From the NCBI GenBank assembly GCA_036376615.1, contig DASUZZ010000010.1, forward strand, positions 4,614 through 68,613: DNA of 64,000 bases, in the 5' to 3' direction. Source of the DNA: Gaiellaceae bacterium. Lineage in GTDB: Bacteria; Actinomycetota; Thermoleophilia; Gaiellales; Gaiellaceae. Below are positions 37,877-46,798 of this stretch, piece by piece (positions within the stretch are counted from its first letter, which is position 1; each line of letters starts with the position of its first letter). Under the pieces are notes generated by a model. That model made no database searches. It saw only the letters and a program-made list of their open reading frames with translations, and had not been told where the DNA came from. The position numbers and the translations under genes were made by a program.

Positions 37877-38794
37877 CTATGTGAGCAGCGAGAGCTGCTC
37901 GTCGCGTGCGGGCGGCGCGAGCGGGGTCGTGCGACGGTCGCGAATCCGCAACTCCCGGGCGATCGCACGCACCCGTTCGCGGACCGGCGCGGTCTCCTGC
38001 GCGCGCAGGTACGCCCGGCCGCCTGCGTACAGGCTCTCGTACTGCGGAAGCAGCTCGGGCCAGTCGCGCGCGAGGCAGTCGAGGAAGTGCTCGCGCGTTC
38101 CGGGCTTCAGGTGGAGCAGGTTCGCCCACACGCCGCACGCGCCGGCGGCCCGCGCCGCCTCCACGACGCGCCGCAGCTGGTCCGGCCGGTCCGAGAGGCC
38201 GGGGAGGATCGGCGCCATCCCCACGGATGCCCGGACCCCGGCATCGACCAACGTCGAGAGCGCGCGCAGCCGCTGCCGCGGCGGCGCCGTGCCGGGCTCG
38301 GTCGTCCGCCACACGCGATCGTCGAGCGTCGGTACCGAGAACGTGACGGAGACGGACGCGCGCCGGGCCGCGTCGGCGAGCACGTCGACGTCGCGAACGA
38401 CCAGCGGCCCGCGCGTGATGATCGAGAACGGGTTCGCGGCGGCGGCGAGCACCTCCAGGCAGGCGCGGGTCAGGCGGTAGCGGCCCTCGGCAGGCTGGTA
38501 CGGGTCGGTGGCGGCGCCGATCACGATCTCGCCCCCCTCCCACGACGGCCGGAGGAGCTCGCGGCGCAGCGCCTCGGCGATGTTCACCTTGACGCGGATC
38601 GACCGGCCGTAGCGGTCGTCGAACGGCCGGTCGGCGCGCCGCTCGAACGCCCGCACGTAGCAGAACGTGCAGCGGTGCACGCAGCCCGTGTACGGGTTCA
38701 GCGACCAGCCGAACGGCATCCCGCGCACGCGGTTGAGCGCGCTCCGGCAGGGCTCCTCGCGGTAGGCGACCCGCACCGGCGGATCATAGAACAT
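37877..38794 (-). CDS. Radical SAM protein (Rv2578c / SplB-like family)
   Basis: 305 aa. The CX3CX2C cluster motif is NPYTGCVHRCTFCYV. The stop lies 13 nt upstream of the RR start on the same strand. Confidence 0.85.
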   Translation of the reverse strand: MFYDPPVRVAYREEPCRSALNRVRGMPFGWSLNPYTGCVHRCTFCYVRAFERRADRPFDDRYGRSIRVKVNIAEALRRELLRPSWEGGEIVIGAATDPYQPAEGRYRLTRACLEVLAAAANPFSIITRGPLVVRDVDVLADAARRASVSVTFSVPTLDDRVWRTTEPGTAPPRQRLRALSTLVDAGVRASVGMAPILPGLSDRPDQLRRVVEAARAAGACGVWANLLHLKPGTREHFLDCLARDWPELLPQYESLYAGGRAYLRAQETAPVRERVRAIARELRIRDRRTTPLAPPARDEQLSLLT

Positions 38795-38820
38795 ACGTTC
38801 GTCTCGCCGGTGCCGGCGGC

Positions 38821-38826
38821 TATACT
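38821..38826 (+). promoter_or_regulatory. -10-like hexamer TATACT upstream of the CNNM/CorC gene
   Basis: A near-consensus -10 with a weak -35 (TTCGTC) 17 nt upstream. It would give a leader of about 60 nt to GTG 38893. Confidence 0.25.
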
Positions 38827-38892
38827 CGTCGGACTGATTCGCGTGGACGACGATCTGCCGCCCAGTACGCGCGCGCCTACGGGGCGCACTTC

Positions 38893-40206
38893 GTGACCTT
38901 CGCCCTCGAGCTGCTGGCCCTGTTCGGGCTGATCGCCCTGAACGCGTTCTTCGTGGCCGCCGAGTACGGGCTGGTCACCTCGCGGCGTACGCGCATCATG
39001 GAGCTCGAGCACCAGGGGAACCGGCGTGCCCGGAGGGTGCTCGGGATCACGTCCGACCCGCCGCGCTTCATCGCGGCGATGCAGCTCGGCGTGACGATCT
39101 CCTCGCTGGCGATCGGTGCTCTCGGCGAGCAGGTGCTCTCGCGCCGCTTCGACGCCGTGATGGCGTCGTTCCTCGCCGTGATCGTCGCCCTGCTGATCGT
39201 CACCTACCTCCATGTCGTGATCGGCGAGCTCGTGCCGAAGGGGATCGCCCTGGGGCACCCGGAACGAACGGCGCTCTGGGTGTCGGCGCCCGTGCGGGCG
39301 TTCTTCGTCGTGTTCCGTCCGCTGATCTGGCTGCTCGAGCGCTCGTCGGAGGTGATCCTGCGCCTGCTCTCCCTGGAGCCGCCGGGCGCGGAGGGCGAGG
39401 CGCACTCCGAGGCCGAGCTGCGGATGCTGCTCTCCTCGTCGGCCGAGCAGGGCGAGATCGAGCCCGGCGAGCAGGAGATGCTCTACAAGGTCTTCGACTT
39501 CGCCGACAAGGAGGTCGCGGACGTGATGGTGCCGCGGCCGGAGGTGGCTGCGATCGCGATCTCGCTGCCGCCCGAGGAGGCGCTGCAGGCGGTCCTCGAC
39601 TCCCCGTACACGCGCTACCCGGTCTACGGCGAGTCGCTGGACGACATCGTCGGCGTCCTCCACGTACGCGACCTGTTCGAGGCGATCTACGACCGTGGGC
39701 TCGCCGCCGTCGACATCGCCCAGATCGTCCGGCCCGTCTACATGGTCCCGGAGACGAAGGACCTCGCTGCGCTTTTGACCGAGTTCCGCCGCACGAACCA
39801 GCACCTCGCGATCGTGATCGACGAGTACGGCTCGACGGAGGGAATCGTCACCCTCGAGGACCTGCTCGAGGAGATCGTCGGCGAGATCGAGGACGAGTTC
39901 GACCTCCCGGACGAGACTGTCGAGAGGGTCGACGACGACACGGTGCGCATCGACGGCACGTTCACGATCGACGACTTCAACGAGCGCTTCGACGTCGAGC
40001 TGCCCGAGGACGACTACCACACCATCGCCGGCTTCGTGTTCGGGCGGCTCGGTCGCGCGGCCGTCCCGGGTGACGAGGTGTCGCACGACGGGCTGCGGTT
40101 CCAGGTCGAGTCGGTCGACGGGCAGCGCATCGGGCGCCTGCTCGTGACCTTCCAGCCGCGGCACCGGCACGAGGCGGAGCGCGGTGCCGCCGGCCAGGAC
40201 GGATAG
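38893..40206 (+). CDS. CNNM/CorC-HlyC family protein (DUF21 membrane domain + CBS pair + CorC_HlyC)
   Basis: 437 aa. The N-terminal DUF21 domain reads LIALNAFFVAAEYGLV, followed by a CBS pair and a C-terminal transporter-associated domain. Confidence 0.9.
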   Translation: MTFALELLALFGLIALNAFFVAAEYGLVTSRRTRIMELEHQGNRRARRVLGITSDPPRFIAAMQLGVTISSLAIGALGEQVLSRRFDAVMASFLAVIVALLIVTYLHVVIGELVPKGIALGHPERTALWVSAPVRAFFVVFRPLIWLLERSSEVILRLLSLEPPGAEGEAHSEAELRMLLSSSAEQGEIEPGEQEMLYKVFDFADKEVADVMVPRPEVAAIAISLPPEEALQAVLDSPYTRYPVYGESLDDIVGVLHVRDLFEAIYDRGLAAVDIAQIVRPVYMVPETKDLAALLTEFRRTNQHLAIVIDEYGSTEGIVTLEDLLEEIVGEIEDEFDLPDETVERVDDDTVRIDGTFTIDDFNERFDVELPEDDYHTIAGFVFGRLGRAAVPGDEVSHDGLRFQVESVDGQRIGRLLVTFQPRHRHEAERGAAGQDG

Positions 40207-40216
40207 ATTGCCCGCG

Positions 40217-40453
40217 ATGACGGAGCCGCTGATGACGCTGCGCGCGAACGCCGAGGAGCTGCCGGCTCCGCCGGGCGCGATGACGGACTACCTCGAGAAG
40301 GTGCGCGTCCGCGCCTCCACGATCACCGACGCGGACGTGGAGGAGCTGAAGTCGGCCGGCGTCTCGGAGGACGAGATCTTCGAGCAGACCGTCGGCGTCG
40401 CGATCCGCGAGGGGATGCGCCGGCTCGACGCGGCGGCGGAGGCGATCGGATGA
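40217..40453 (+). CDS. Short CMD/AhpD-family fragment (C-terminal half-domain only)
   Basis: 78 aa. YLEKVRVRASTITDADVEELKSAGVSEDEIFEQTVGVAI resembles the C-terminal helices of CMD peroxidase-related proteins. The CxxC half is absent. The stop overlaps the next start (ATGA). Confidence 0.5.
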   Translation: MTEPLMTLRANAEELPAPPGAMTDYLEKVRVRASTITDADVEELKSAGVSEDEIFEQTVGVAIREGMRRLDAAAEAIG

Positions 40454-41058
40454 ACGTCCGGCTCGAGTGCATCGACCACGGCCATGCGCCCGAGCAGGCC
40501 GAGATGCTCGCGGAGATCCGCGAGCGCGGCGGACGCGAGCCGCTCGGCGTCGTGAAGACTCTGCTCTACCGTCCGGAGCTCTTCGGCGGGCCGTTCTCGG
40601 ACGAGCTCGACGACGTCATGCGCGGCCCGTCCGACTGGAGCCCCGGCGAGCGGGAGCTCTTCGCCGGCTTCGCCTCGCAGCTCAACCAGTGTTTGTTCTG
40701 AGCGGGCTCCCACGGCGCGGTCGCGTCGTACGCACTCGGAGAGGACGTCTGGCACGCGGTGGTCGCCGACTACCGCACGGCGCCGATCGACGAGCGCCTG
40801 CGGGCGGCGCTCCGCTTCATCGAGAAGCAGACGCTGCGCCCCGAGGAGCTGACGCCGGCCGACGCCGAGGAGGCGTACGCGGCCGGCGTCTCGAAGCAGG
40901 CGCTGCTCGACGCGGCGAAGGTCTCGGCGCTCTTCAACATGATCGTGCGGCTCGCCGACGCCTTCGGGTGGGAGGTGCCGGAGTGGGACCGGCTGCTCCA
41001 ACGCGCCGCCGCGATGCTCGAGGGCGGCTACCGGATGGGCGCGATCCGCAGCCGGTAG
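40450..41058 (+). CDS. AhpD/CMD-family peroxidase-related protein with in-frame TGA (candidate selenocysteine, CxxU) at 40699-40701
   Basis: ORFs 40450-40701 and 40759-41058 share a frame, and TGA is the only stop between them. The joined sequence gives E-x11-C-L-F-[TGA]-A-G-S-H, the AhpD catalytic signature, and a complete 202-aa CMD domain. A pseudogene (TGY to TGA) is not excluded. Confidence 0.6.
40707..40741 (+). other. SECIS-like stem-loop downstream of the in-frame TGA
   Basis: The upper hairpin is ACGGCGC-GGUC-GCGUCGU (40712-40729), starting 10 nt after the TGA. The outer helix is CUCC/GGAG (40707-10 / 40738-41). The GGUC apical loop resembles the E. coli fdhF SECIS loop in sequence and distance. 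Confidence 0.45.
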
Positions 41059-41085
41059 GCCGCGCCGGTGAGGCCGGCCTGGCGT

Positions 41086-42486
41086 TCAGGTCCCGTGCCC
41101 CTCCAGAGGTCCGAGGGCGGGGTAGAGGCGGCGGAAGCGCGCGTAGCCGCGCTCGTACGCGTCCGTCCAGGCGTCGTCCGGGTCGATGCGGTCGCGCACG
41201 CGCACGCAGCGCTCGACCGCCTGCTGTGCGTCGGCGAACACGCCGGCGCGCACGCCGGCGAGCAGCGCGGCGCCGAACGCGGATCCCTCCTCGGACTCCG
41301 TGCGCTCGAGTGGCAGTCCGAACACCGCCGCGACGATGCGCAGCCAGAGCTCGCTCCGCGCGCCGCCGCCGGAGACGCGTCCGACGTCCGCGCGGACGCC
41401 GAGCGCGCGCAGCAGCTCGAGCGAGTCGCGCAGCCCGTAGGCGACCCCTTCCAGCATCGCGCGCCAGAGCGCGCCGCGGTCGTGGCGCAGGGAGAGGCCG
41501 GTGAAGGCGCCGCGTGCGTCCGGGTCGGCGTGCGGTGTCCGCTCGCCGGCGAGGTAGGGCGCGAACTGCAGGCCCTCCGTGCCCGGTGACCAGCGCGCCG
41601 CCTCCTCGTCGAGGAGCGCGTAGCCCGTGCCGAGCGCGCCGCGCAGCCACGCCGCCGAGCCGGCGGCGCTCAGCATCACGCCCATCGCATGCCAGGTCGC
41701 CGGCACGGCGTGGCAGAACACGTGCACGCGCGCCTGCGCGTCGGCCGCGTACCCGGGGAGCACGGCGAAGACGACGCCCGACGTCCCGAGCACGACCGAG
41801 ACGGGGCCCGGGGAAGCGATCCCGACGCCGAGGGCGGCCGCCGCCTGGTCGCCGGCACCCGCGACCTCCGTCGACTCGTGCGCCTCGGGCAGCCACCCGG
41901 CCGGAAGCTCGAGCGCGTCGAGCATCTCATCCGACCAGCGGCGGTGCGCGACGTCGAAGAGGAGCGTGCCCGACGCGTCGGCGGCATCGATCAGCCGCTC
42001 GCCGGTCAGGCGGAAACGGACGTAGTCCTTCGGCAGCAGCACGTGGCGAATGCGCGCGTACGTGTCGGGCTCGTGGGCTCGAAGCCAGAGCAGCTTCGGC
42101 GCGGTGAAGCCGGTCAGCGCCCGGTTGCCGGTGAGCGCGATCAGCCGGTCGAGCCCGACGCGCGCCTCGATCTCCGCGCACTCCGCCGCCGTCCGCTGGT
42201 CGTTCCAGAGGATCGCCGGCCTCAGCACCCGGTCGTCTCCGTCCAGGACGACGAGCCCGTGCATCTGCCCGGAAAGGCCGACCGGGCCGGCCGGCAGTCG
42301 CGCGAGGCACGCCTGTGCGGCGCGCCACCAGTCCTCCGGGTCCTGCTCGGCGAAGCCCGGCTGCGGTGTCGACAGCGGGTAGCCCTCCTCCGTGGTCGCG
42401 AGCACGGTCCCGTCGGGCGAGATCGCGATCGCCTTGACGCCCGACGTGCCGACATCGAGGCCGATCAGGATGTCCGGCGACGTCAC
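41086..42486 (-). CDS. xylB: FGGY-family carbohydrate kinase, probably xylulokinase
   Basis: GTG 42486 overlaps the upstream stop (GTGA). ILIGLDVGTSGVKAI...GLSGQMHG...ILWNDQR...GGGARSELW motifs. The xylulokinase call rests on context with the xylose-isomerase-like gene and the xylose-type ABC system. Confidence 0.85.
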   Translation of the reverse strand: MTSPDILIGLDVGTSGVKAIAISPDGTVLATTEEGYPLSTPQPGFAEQDPEDWWRAAQACLARLPAGPVGLSGQMHGLVVLDGDDRVLRPAILWNDQRTAAECAEIEARVGLDRLIALTGNRALTGFTAPKLLWLRAHEPDTYARIRHVLLPKDYVRFRLTGERLIDAADASGTLLFDVAHRRWSDEMLDALELPAGWLPEAHESTEVAGAGDQAAAALGVGIASPGPVSVVLGTSGVVFAVLPGYAADAQARVHVFCHAVPATWHAMGVMLSAAGSAAWLRGALGTGYALLDEEAARWSPGTEGLQFAPYLAGERTPHADPDARGAFTGLSLRHDRGALWRAMLEGVAYGLRDSLELLRALGVRADVGRVSGGGARSELWLRIVAAVFGLPLERTESEEGSAFGAALLAGVRAGVFADAQQAVERCVRVRDRIDPDDAWTDAYERGYARFRRLYPALGPLEGHGT

Positions 42487-43481
42487 GCGCCGAGCGCGGC
42501 GTAGACGAGCTCGTAGGCGCGGACGGCGTCCTTGGCCCGCTGGGCCTTGCGCAGCTCGGCGTCGTCGATCCGTGCGGCGACGCCGTCGATGAAGCGCCAC
42601 TGCAGCACCGACCGCGCCACCGCGCCCACGGCGTCCTCCGTGTACGGATAGAGGTCGAAGCCGAGCCGTTCGCCGTTCTCGCCGTAGCCGGCGCGGCGCA
42701 GCTCGATCGCCAGCTCGATCGTCTCCATGAACGCAGTGGCGCCGACCATGTTGTCGTCGTCGAACGTGCCCCAACCGGAGTTCGCGTGCTGGTGGCCGAG
42801 CACGCCCTCGGCCGCGAGCAACGCCGCGTACTCGGCGAGGTTCTCGCCGTTCATGATCAGGTGCTGCCAGTCCATGTTGACGCTCACGTTGTCGATCCCC
42901 TGGGCGCGCAGCTTGTGGATCACGTGGAGCGTCATCCCGATGTTCCGCATCAGGATCTTCATCGCCGGCTCGGAGTTCTTGTGCTCGAGGAAGACCGTGA
43001 CGCCGCGGTCCCTGGCGTGCTGCGCGGCCTCGCCGACCCCGTCGACGAACCGGGCCCACGCCTCGCGGTAGGGCGTCTGGAACGGGTAGTTGTAGCCCTC
43101 GATCCCGGGCCAGATGATCATCTGGGCACCGACCTCGCCGGCCAGGTCGATCGCCTCGCGCGTGAGCCGCAGCGCCTCGGCGCGCGTGGCGTCGTCCGGC
43201 GAGGACATCGCGCCCTTGCCGAAGCGCGGGTCGAGGTGGAGCCCGCTCGCGATGCAGTAGATGCCGTGCCCGTCGAGGGCGTCGCGGACGACGTCGAGGT
43301 TGTCCGGGGACAGCTCCTGCGGATAGTGGAACTCGTAGTCGTCGATGAGCTCGCCGAGGCCCTCGACGGCGGTGCGGACCCGGTCCGCCGTCGTCGCTCC
43401 GGCCAGATCCGGCTTGTACCCGCCGGGATTGAACCGCGTCGCCATGGCGCCGAACGCCCAGATACCGAGACTCGTTTTCAT
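42483..43481 (-). CDS. Xylose-isomerase-like TIM-barrel sugar isomerase/epimerase (short, 332 aa)
   Basis: LGIWAFG...FHYPQEL...FLEHKNSEP...NMDWQHL...GHQHANSG...FDLYPYTED shows metal ligands in xylose-isomerase-fold spacing. It is shorter than canonical XylA. Confidence 0.8.
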   Translation of the reverse strand: MKTSLGIWAFGAMATRFNPGGYKPDLAGATTADRVRTAVEGLGELIDDYEFHYPQELSPDNLDVVRDALDGHGIYCIASGLHLDPRFGKGAMSSPDDATRAEALRLTREAIDLAGEVGAQMIIWPGIEGYNYPFQTPYREAWARFVDGVGEAAQHARDRGVTVFLEHKNSEPAMKILMRNIGMTLHVIHKLRAQGIDNVSVNMDWQHLIMNGENLAEYAALLAAEGVLGHQHANSGWGTFDDDNMVGATAFMETIELAIELRRAGYGENGERLGFDLYPYTEDAVGAVARSVLQWRFIDGVAARIDDAELRKAQRAKDAVRAYELVYAALGA

Positions 43482-43601
43482 GCGGCGAGCCTAACCACCC
43501 GCTGCGGTTCGCGGGCCCGGACTTGACTGTGGCATCATTTTCCGCGAACTTGGTTCAACCCTGACCCCCCCTCACCGTCAGCGAAAGTAGAGGAGACAAC
43601 G

Positions 43602-44678
43602 TTGAAGAAGGCTCTAGGCAGACCTCTGGTCTTGCTGCTGATCGCCGTGATCGGCATATCCGCGGTGATCGCAACGACCGCCATGGCGAGCAACAAGGCT
43701 CATAAGGCCAGCATCCAGGTCTGCGTCCTCCTGCCGGACACGAAGTCGTCGGTTCGCTGGGTGCAGTTCGACGCGCCCGACTTCAAGAAGGCGTTCGCCG
43801 CGGCCCACGTGTCGGCGTCGATCACGAACGCGCTCAACGACCCGCTGAAGCAGAAGGCCCAGGCGCAGGCGTGCCTCGCGGCCGGTGCGAAGGTGGTCAT
43901 CGAGACGGCGCTCGACAACGGCTCTGCCGCGTCGATCGAGAAGCTGTTCACGTCGAAGGGCGGGAAGGCCATCGACTACGACCGCCAGGTCACCGGCGGG
44001 ACGGCATCCGTCTACGTCACGTTCGACGGCAAGAAGGTCGGCCAGGCACAGGCAGCCGGCGTCATCGCCGCGATGAAGGCGAACGGGACGTACAAGCACG
44101 GCGTGGTTGCCCAGCTGTGGGGCGGCCAGACCGACCAGAACGCGTACTGGTTCCAGAGCGGCAACCTCGCCGTCTTCAACCCGCTCTTCAAGAGCGGCGC
44201 GATCAAGAGAGGCCCGCAGCAGTTCGTCCCCGACTGGGATGCGAACAACGCGGCGACCATCTTCAACCAGATGCTCGTCAAGACGAACAACAACATCCAG
44301 GGCGTGCTGGCGGCGAACGACAACATCGCCGGCGCAGTCGTCGCGGACCTGAAGGCGAAGCATCTCAAGCCGCTCCCCCTCTCGGGCCAGGATGCGACCT
44401 CTCAGGGCGTCCAGTACATCATCTCCGGCTGGCAGACCGGTACGGTCTACAAGTTCGTGCCGAACGAGACGAAGGCGGCAGTTGACGCCGCCATCGCGCT
44501 CCTCAACGGCAAGAAGCCGAAGTCGAACAGCACCCGGCCGAACGGCAAGCATCCGGAGCCGACCTACACGTTGCCTGTCGTGTGGATCACGAAGGCGAAC
44601 TACAAGCGCCTCTTTACGGATAAGTGGCTGACTCGCAGGGAAGTCTGCGTCGGCCAGTACGCGAAGTACTGCAAGTAG
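43602..44678 (+). CDS. Sugar ABC transporter substrate-binding protein (XylF/FrcB-like periplasmic-binding fold)
   Basis: TTG start with a GAGGAG Shine-Dalgarno. A signal/anchor segment is followed by a type-I PBP pattern (VCVLLPDTKSS.RW...IDYDR...ANDNIAGAVV...SGQDA). The protein is Lys-rich and Arg-poor. Confidence 0.88.
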   Translation: MKKALGRPLVLLLIAVIGISAVIATTAMASNKAHKASIQVCVLLPDTKSSVRWVQFDAPDFKKAFAAAHVSASITNALNDPLKQKAQAQACLAAGAKVVIETALDNGSAASIEKLFTSKGGKAIDYDRQVTGGTASVYVTFDGKKVGQAQAAGVIAAMKANGTYKHGVVAQLWGGQTDQNAYWFQSGNLAVFNPLFKSGAIKRGPQQFVPDWDANNAATIFNQMLVKTNNNIQGVLAANDNIAGAVVADLKAKHLKPLPLSGQDATSQGVQYIISGWQTGTVYKFVPNETKAAVDAAIALLNGKKPKSNSTRPNGKHPEPTYTLPVVWITKANYKRLFTDKWLTRREVCVGQYAKYCK

Positions 44679-44693
44679 GGTCTGCAACCACGT

Positions 44694-44727
44694 GCGTTGG
44701 AGGCGCCCGGAAGGGCGCCTCCAACGC
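44694..44727 (+). terminator. Perfect 15-bp GC-rich stem-loop (GGAA loop) between SBP and ATPase genes; attenuator/mRNA-stabiliser candidate
   Basis: GCGTTGGAGGCGCCC-GGAA-GGGCGCCTCCAACGC, with no U-tract following. Confidence 0.4.
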
Positions 44728-44747
44728 GTATCGAATCGAATGAGCGG

Positions 44748-45526
<779 letters not shown>

Positions 45527-45530
<4 letters not shown>

Positions 45531-46798
45531 CGACCGCGGAAGCGGACGTCGTCGGCCCGGGCGGAGCCACGCCGGCCGAGGAGGACGAGCTCCCGGGCGG
45601 GATCGCCGGACTCTGGCAGCGCGCCTGGCTGAACCTGCGGACGGGCAACCTCGGGCCGTTCCCGATCATCCTCGGCCTGATCATCGTCGTCGTCATCTTC
45701 GGGCTGACGGCGACCAACTTCTTCACCGCCGTCAATTTCGTCAACCTGATCACCGAGACGGCCGGCACCACGATGCTGGCGTACGGCGTCGTCTTCGTGC
45801 TCCTGCTCGGCGAGATCGACCTGTCGATCGGCTACCTCGCGGGGATCGGCGCGCTGATCGTGGCGGAGCTCCAGCTTCCCGGCAGCGCGCAGCAGATGAA
45901 CGGCATCCTGGCGATGCTCATCGCGGTCGTCGTGGTCGCGCTCATCGGCGGCCTTCAGGGGTCGATCGTCGCGTTCGTCGGCGTGCCGTCGTTCGTGGTC
46001 ACGCTCGGCGGCTTCCTGATCTGGCAGGGCGTGATCCTGAACAAGCTCGAGCAACGCGGCACGATCATCATCCAGGACCGCTGGATCAACTACACCGACG
46101 CGTACATCTTCTCCCACCTCGGCGGGTGGATCATCGCGTTCATCGTCACGCTGCTGTACCCGCTCAGCATCGTCTACAAGTCGATCGTCGCCCGCGGGAC
46201 CAAGATCGCGCAGCAGAACCTGCTCGTCACCGCGCTGAAGACCGTCGGCGTCGCGATCGCCGCCTTCGGCACGGTGGCGATCTGCAACCACGGCACGATC
46301 ATCTCCACGCCGGAGGGCCTGCCGCTGGCGGGCCTGATCATGATCATCTTCTTCGTCCTGCTGACGTTCCTCGCGAAGTGGACGACGTTCGGGCGGCACG
46401 TCTACGCGGTCGGCGGCAACGCCGAGGCGGCGCGCCGCGCCGGCATCAACGTCCCGCGCATCCGCGTGATCGTCTTCATGATCTCCGGTGCCACCGCCGG
46501 CATCGGCGGGATCATCTTCGCCGCGCAGGTGAACTCGGTCGCGCTGACCTTCCCGCCCGGCAACCTGCTGCTGAACGCGATCGCCGCGGCGGTGATCGGC
46601 GGCGTGAGCCTGTTCGGCGGCCGCGGCGAGGTGCGTGGCGCGCTGCTCGGCGCGATCCTGATCGGCACGCTGCAGAACGGCCTGAACACGCTGAACGTCT
46701 CGAACGGCTGGATCTACATCATCACCGGCCTCGTGCTGCTCGGCGCGGTCACGCTCGACACGTTCGCGCGGCGCCTGCAGGCCCGCTCGGGCCGCTAG
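45527..46798 (+). CDS. Sugar ABC transporter permease (XylH/FrcC-like, BPD_transp_2)
   Basis: GTGA overlap. About 10 TM segments, with the conserved motif GRHVYAVGGNAEAARRAGINV. Confidence 0.9.

Noticed and set aside
40699-40701. Simple nonsense mutation (pseudogene) as the explanation for the TGA in the AhpD-like gene.
   Set aside because: This is not fully rejected. I ranked it second for three reasons: the stop falls exactly on the redox Cys codon, the downstream 119 codons remain open and family-like, and a SECIS-like GGUC hairpin sits at the expected distance. It becomes the preferred explanation if the genome lacks selA, selB, selD and tRNA-Sec.
43482-43601. Sigma-70-type promoter from TTGACT (43523-43528) for the xylF-like gene.
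   Set aside because: No acceptable TANNNT -10 lies at 16-19 nt spacing (GAACTT at best), so it was not listed as a feature. The region is still likely to be the divergent control region.
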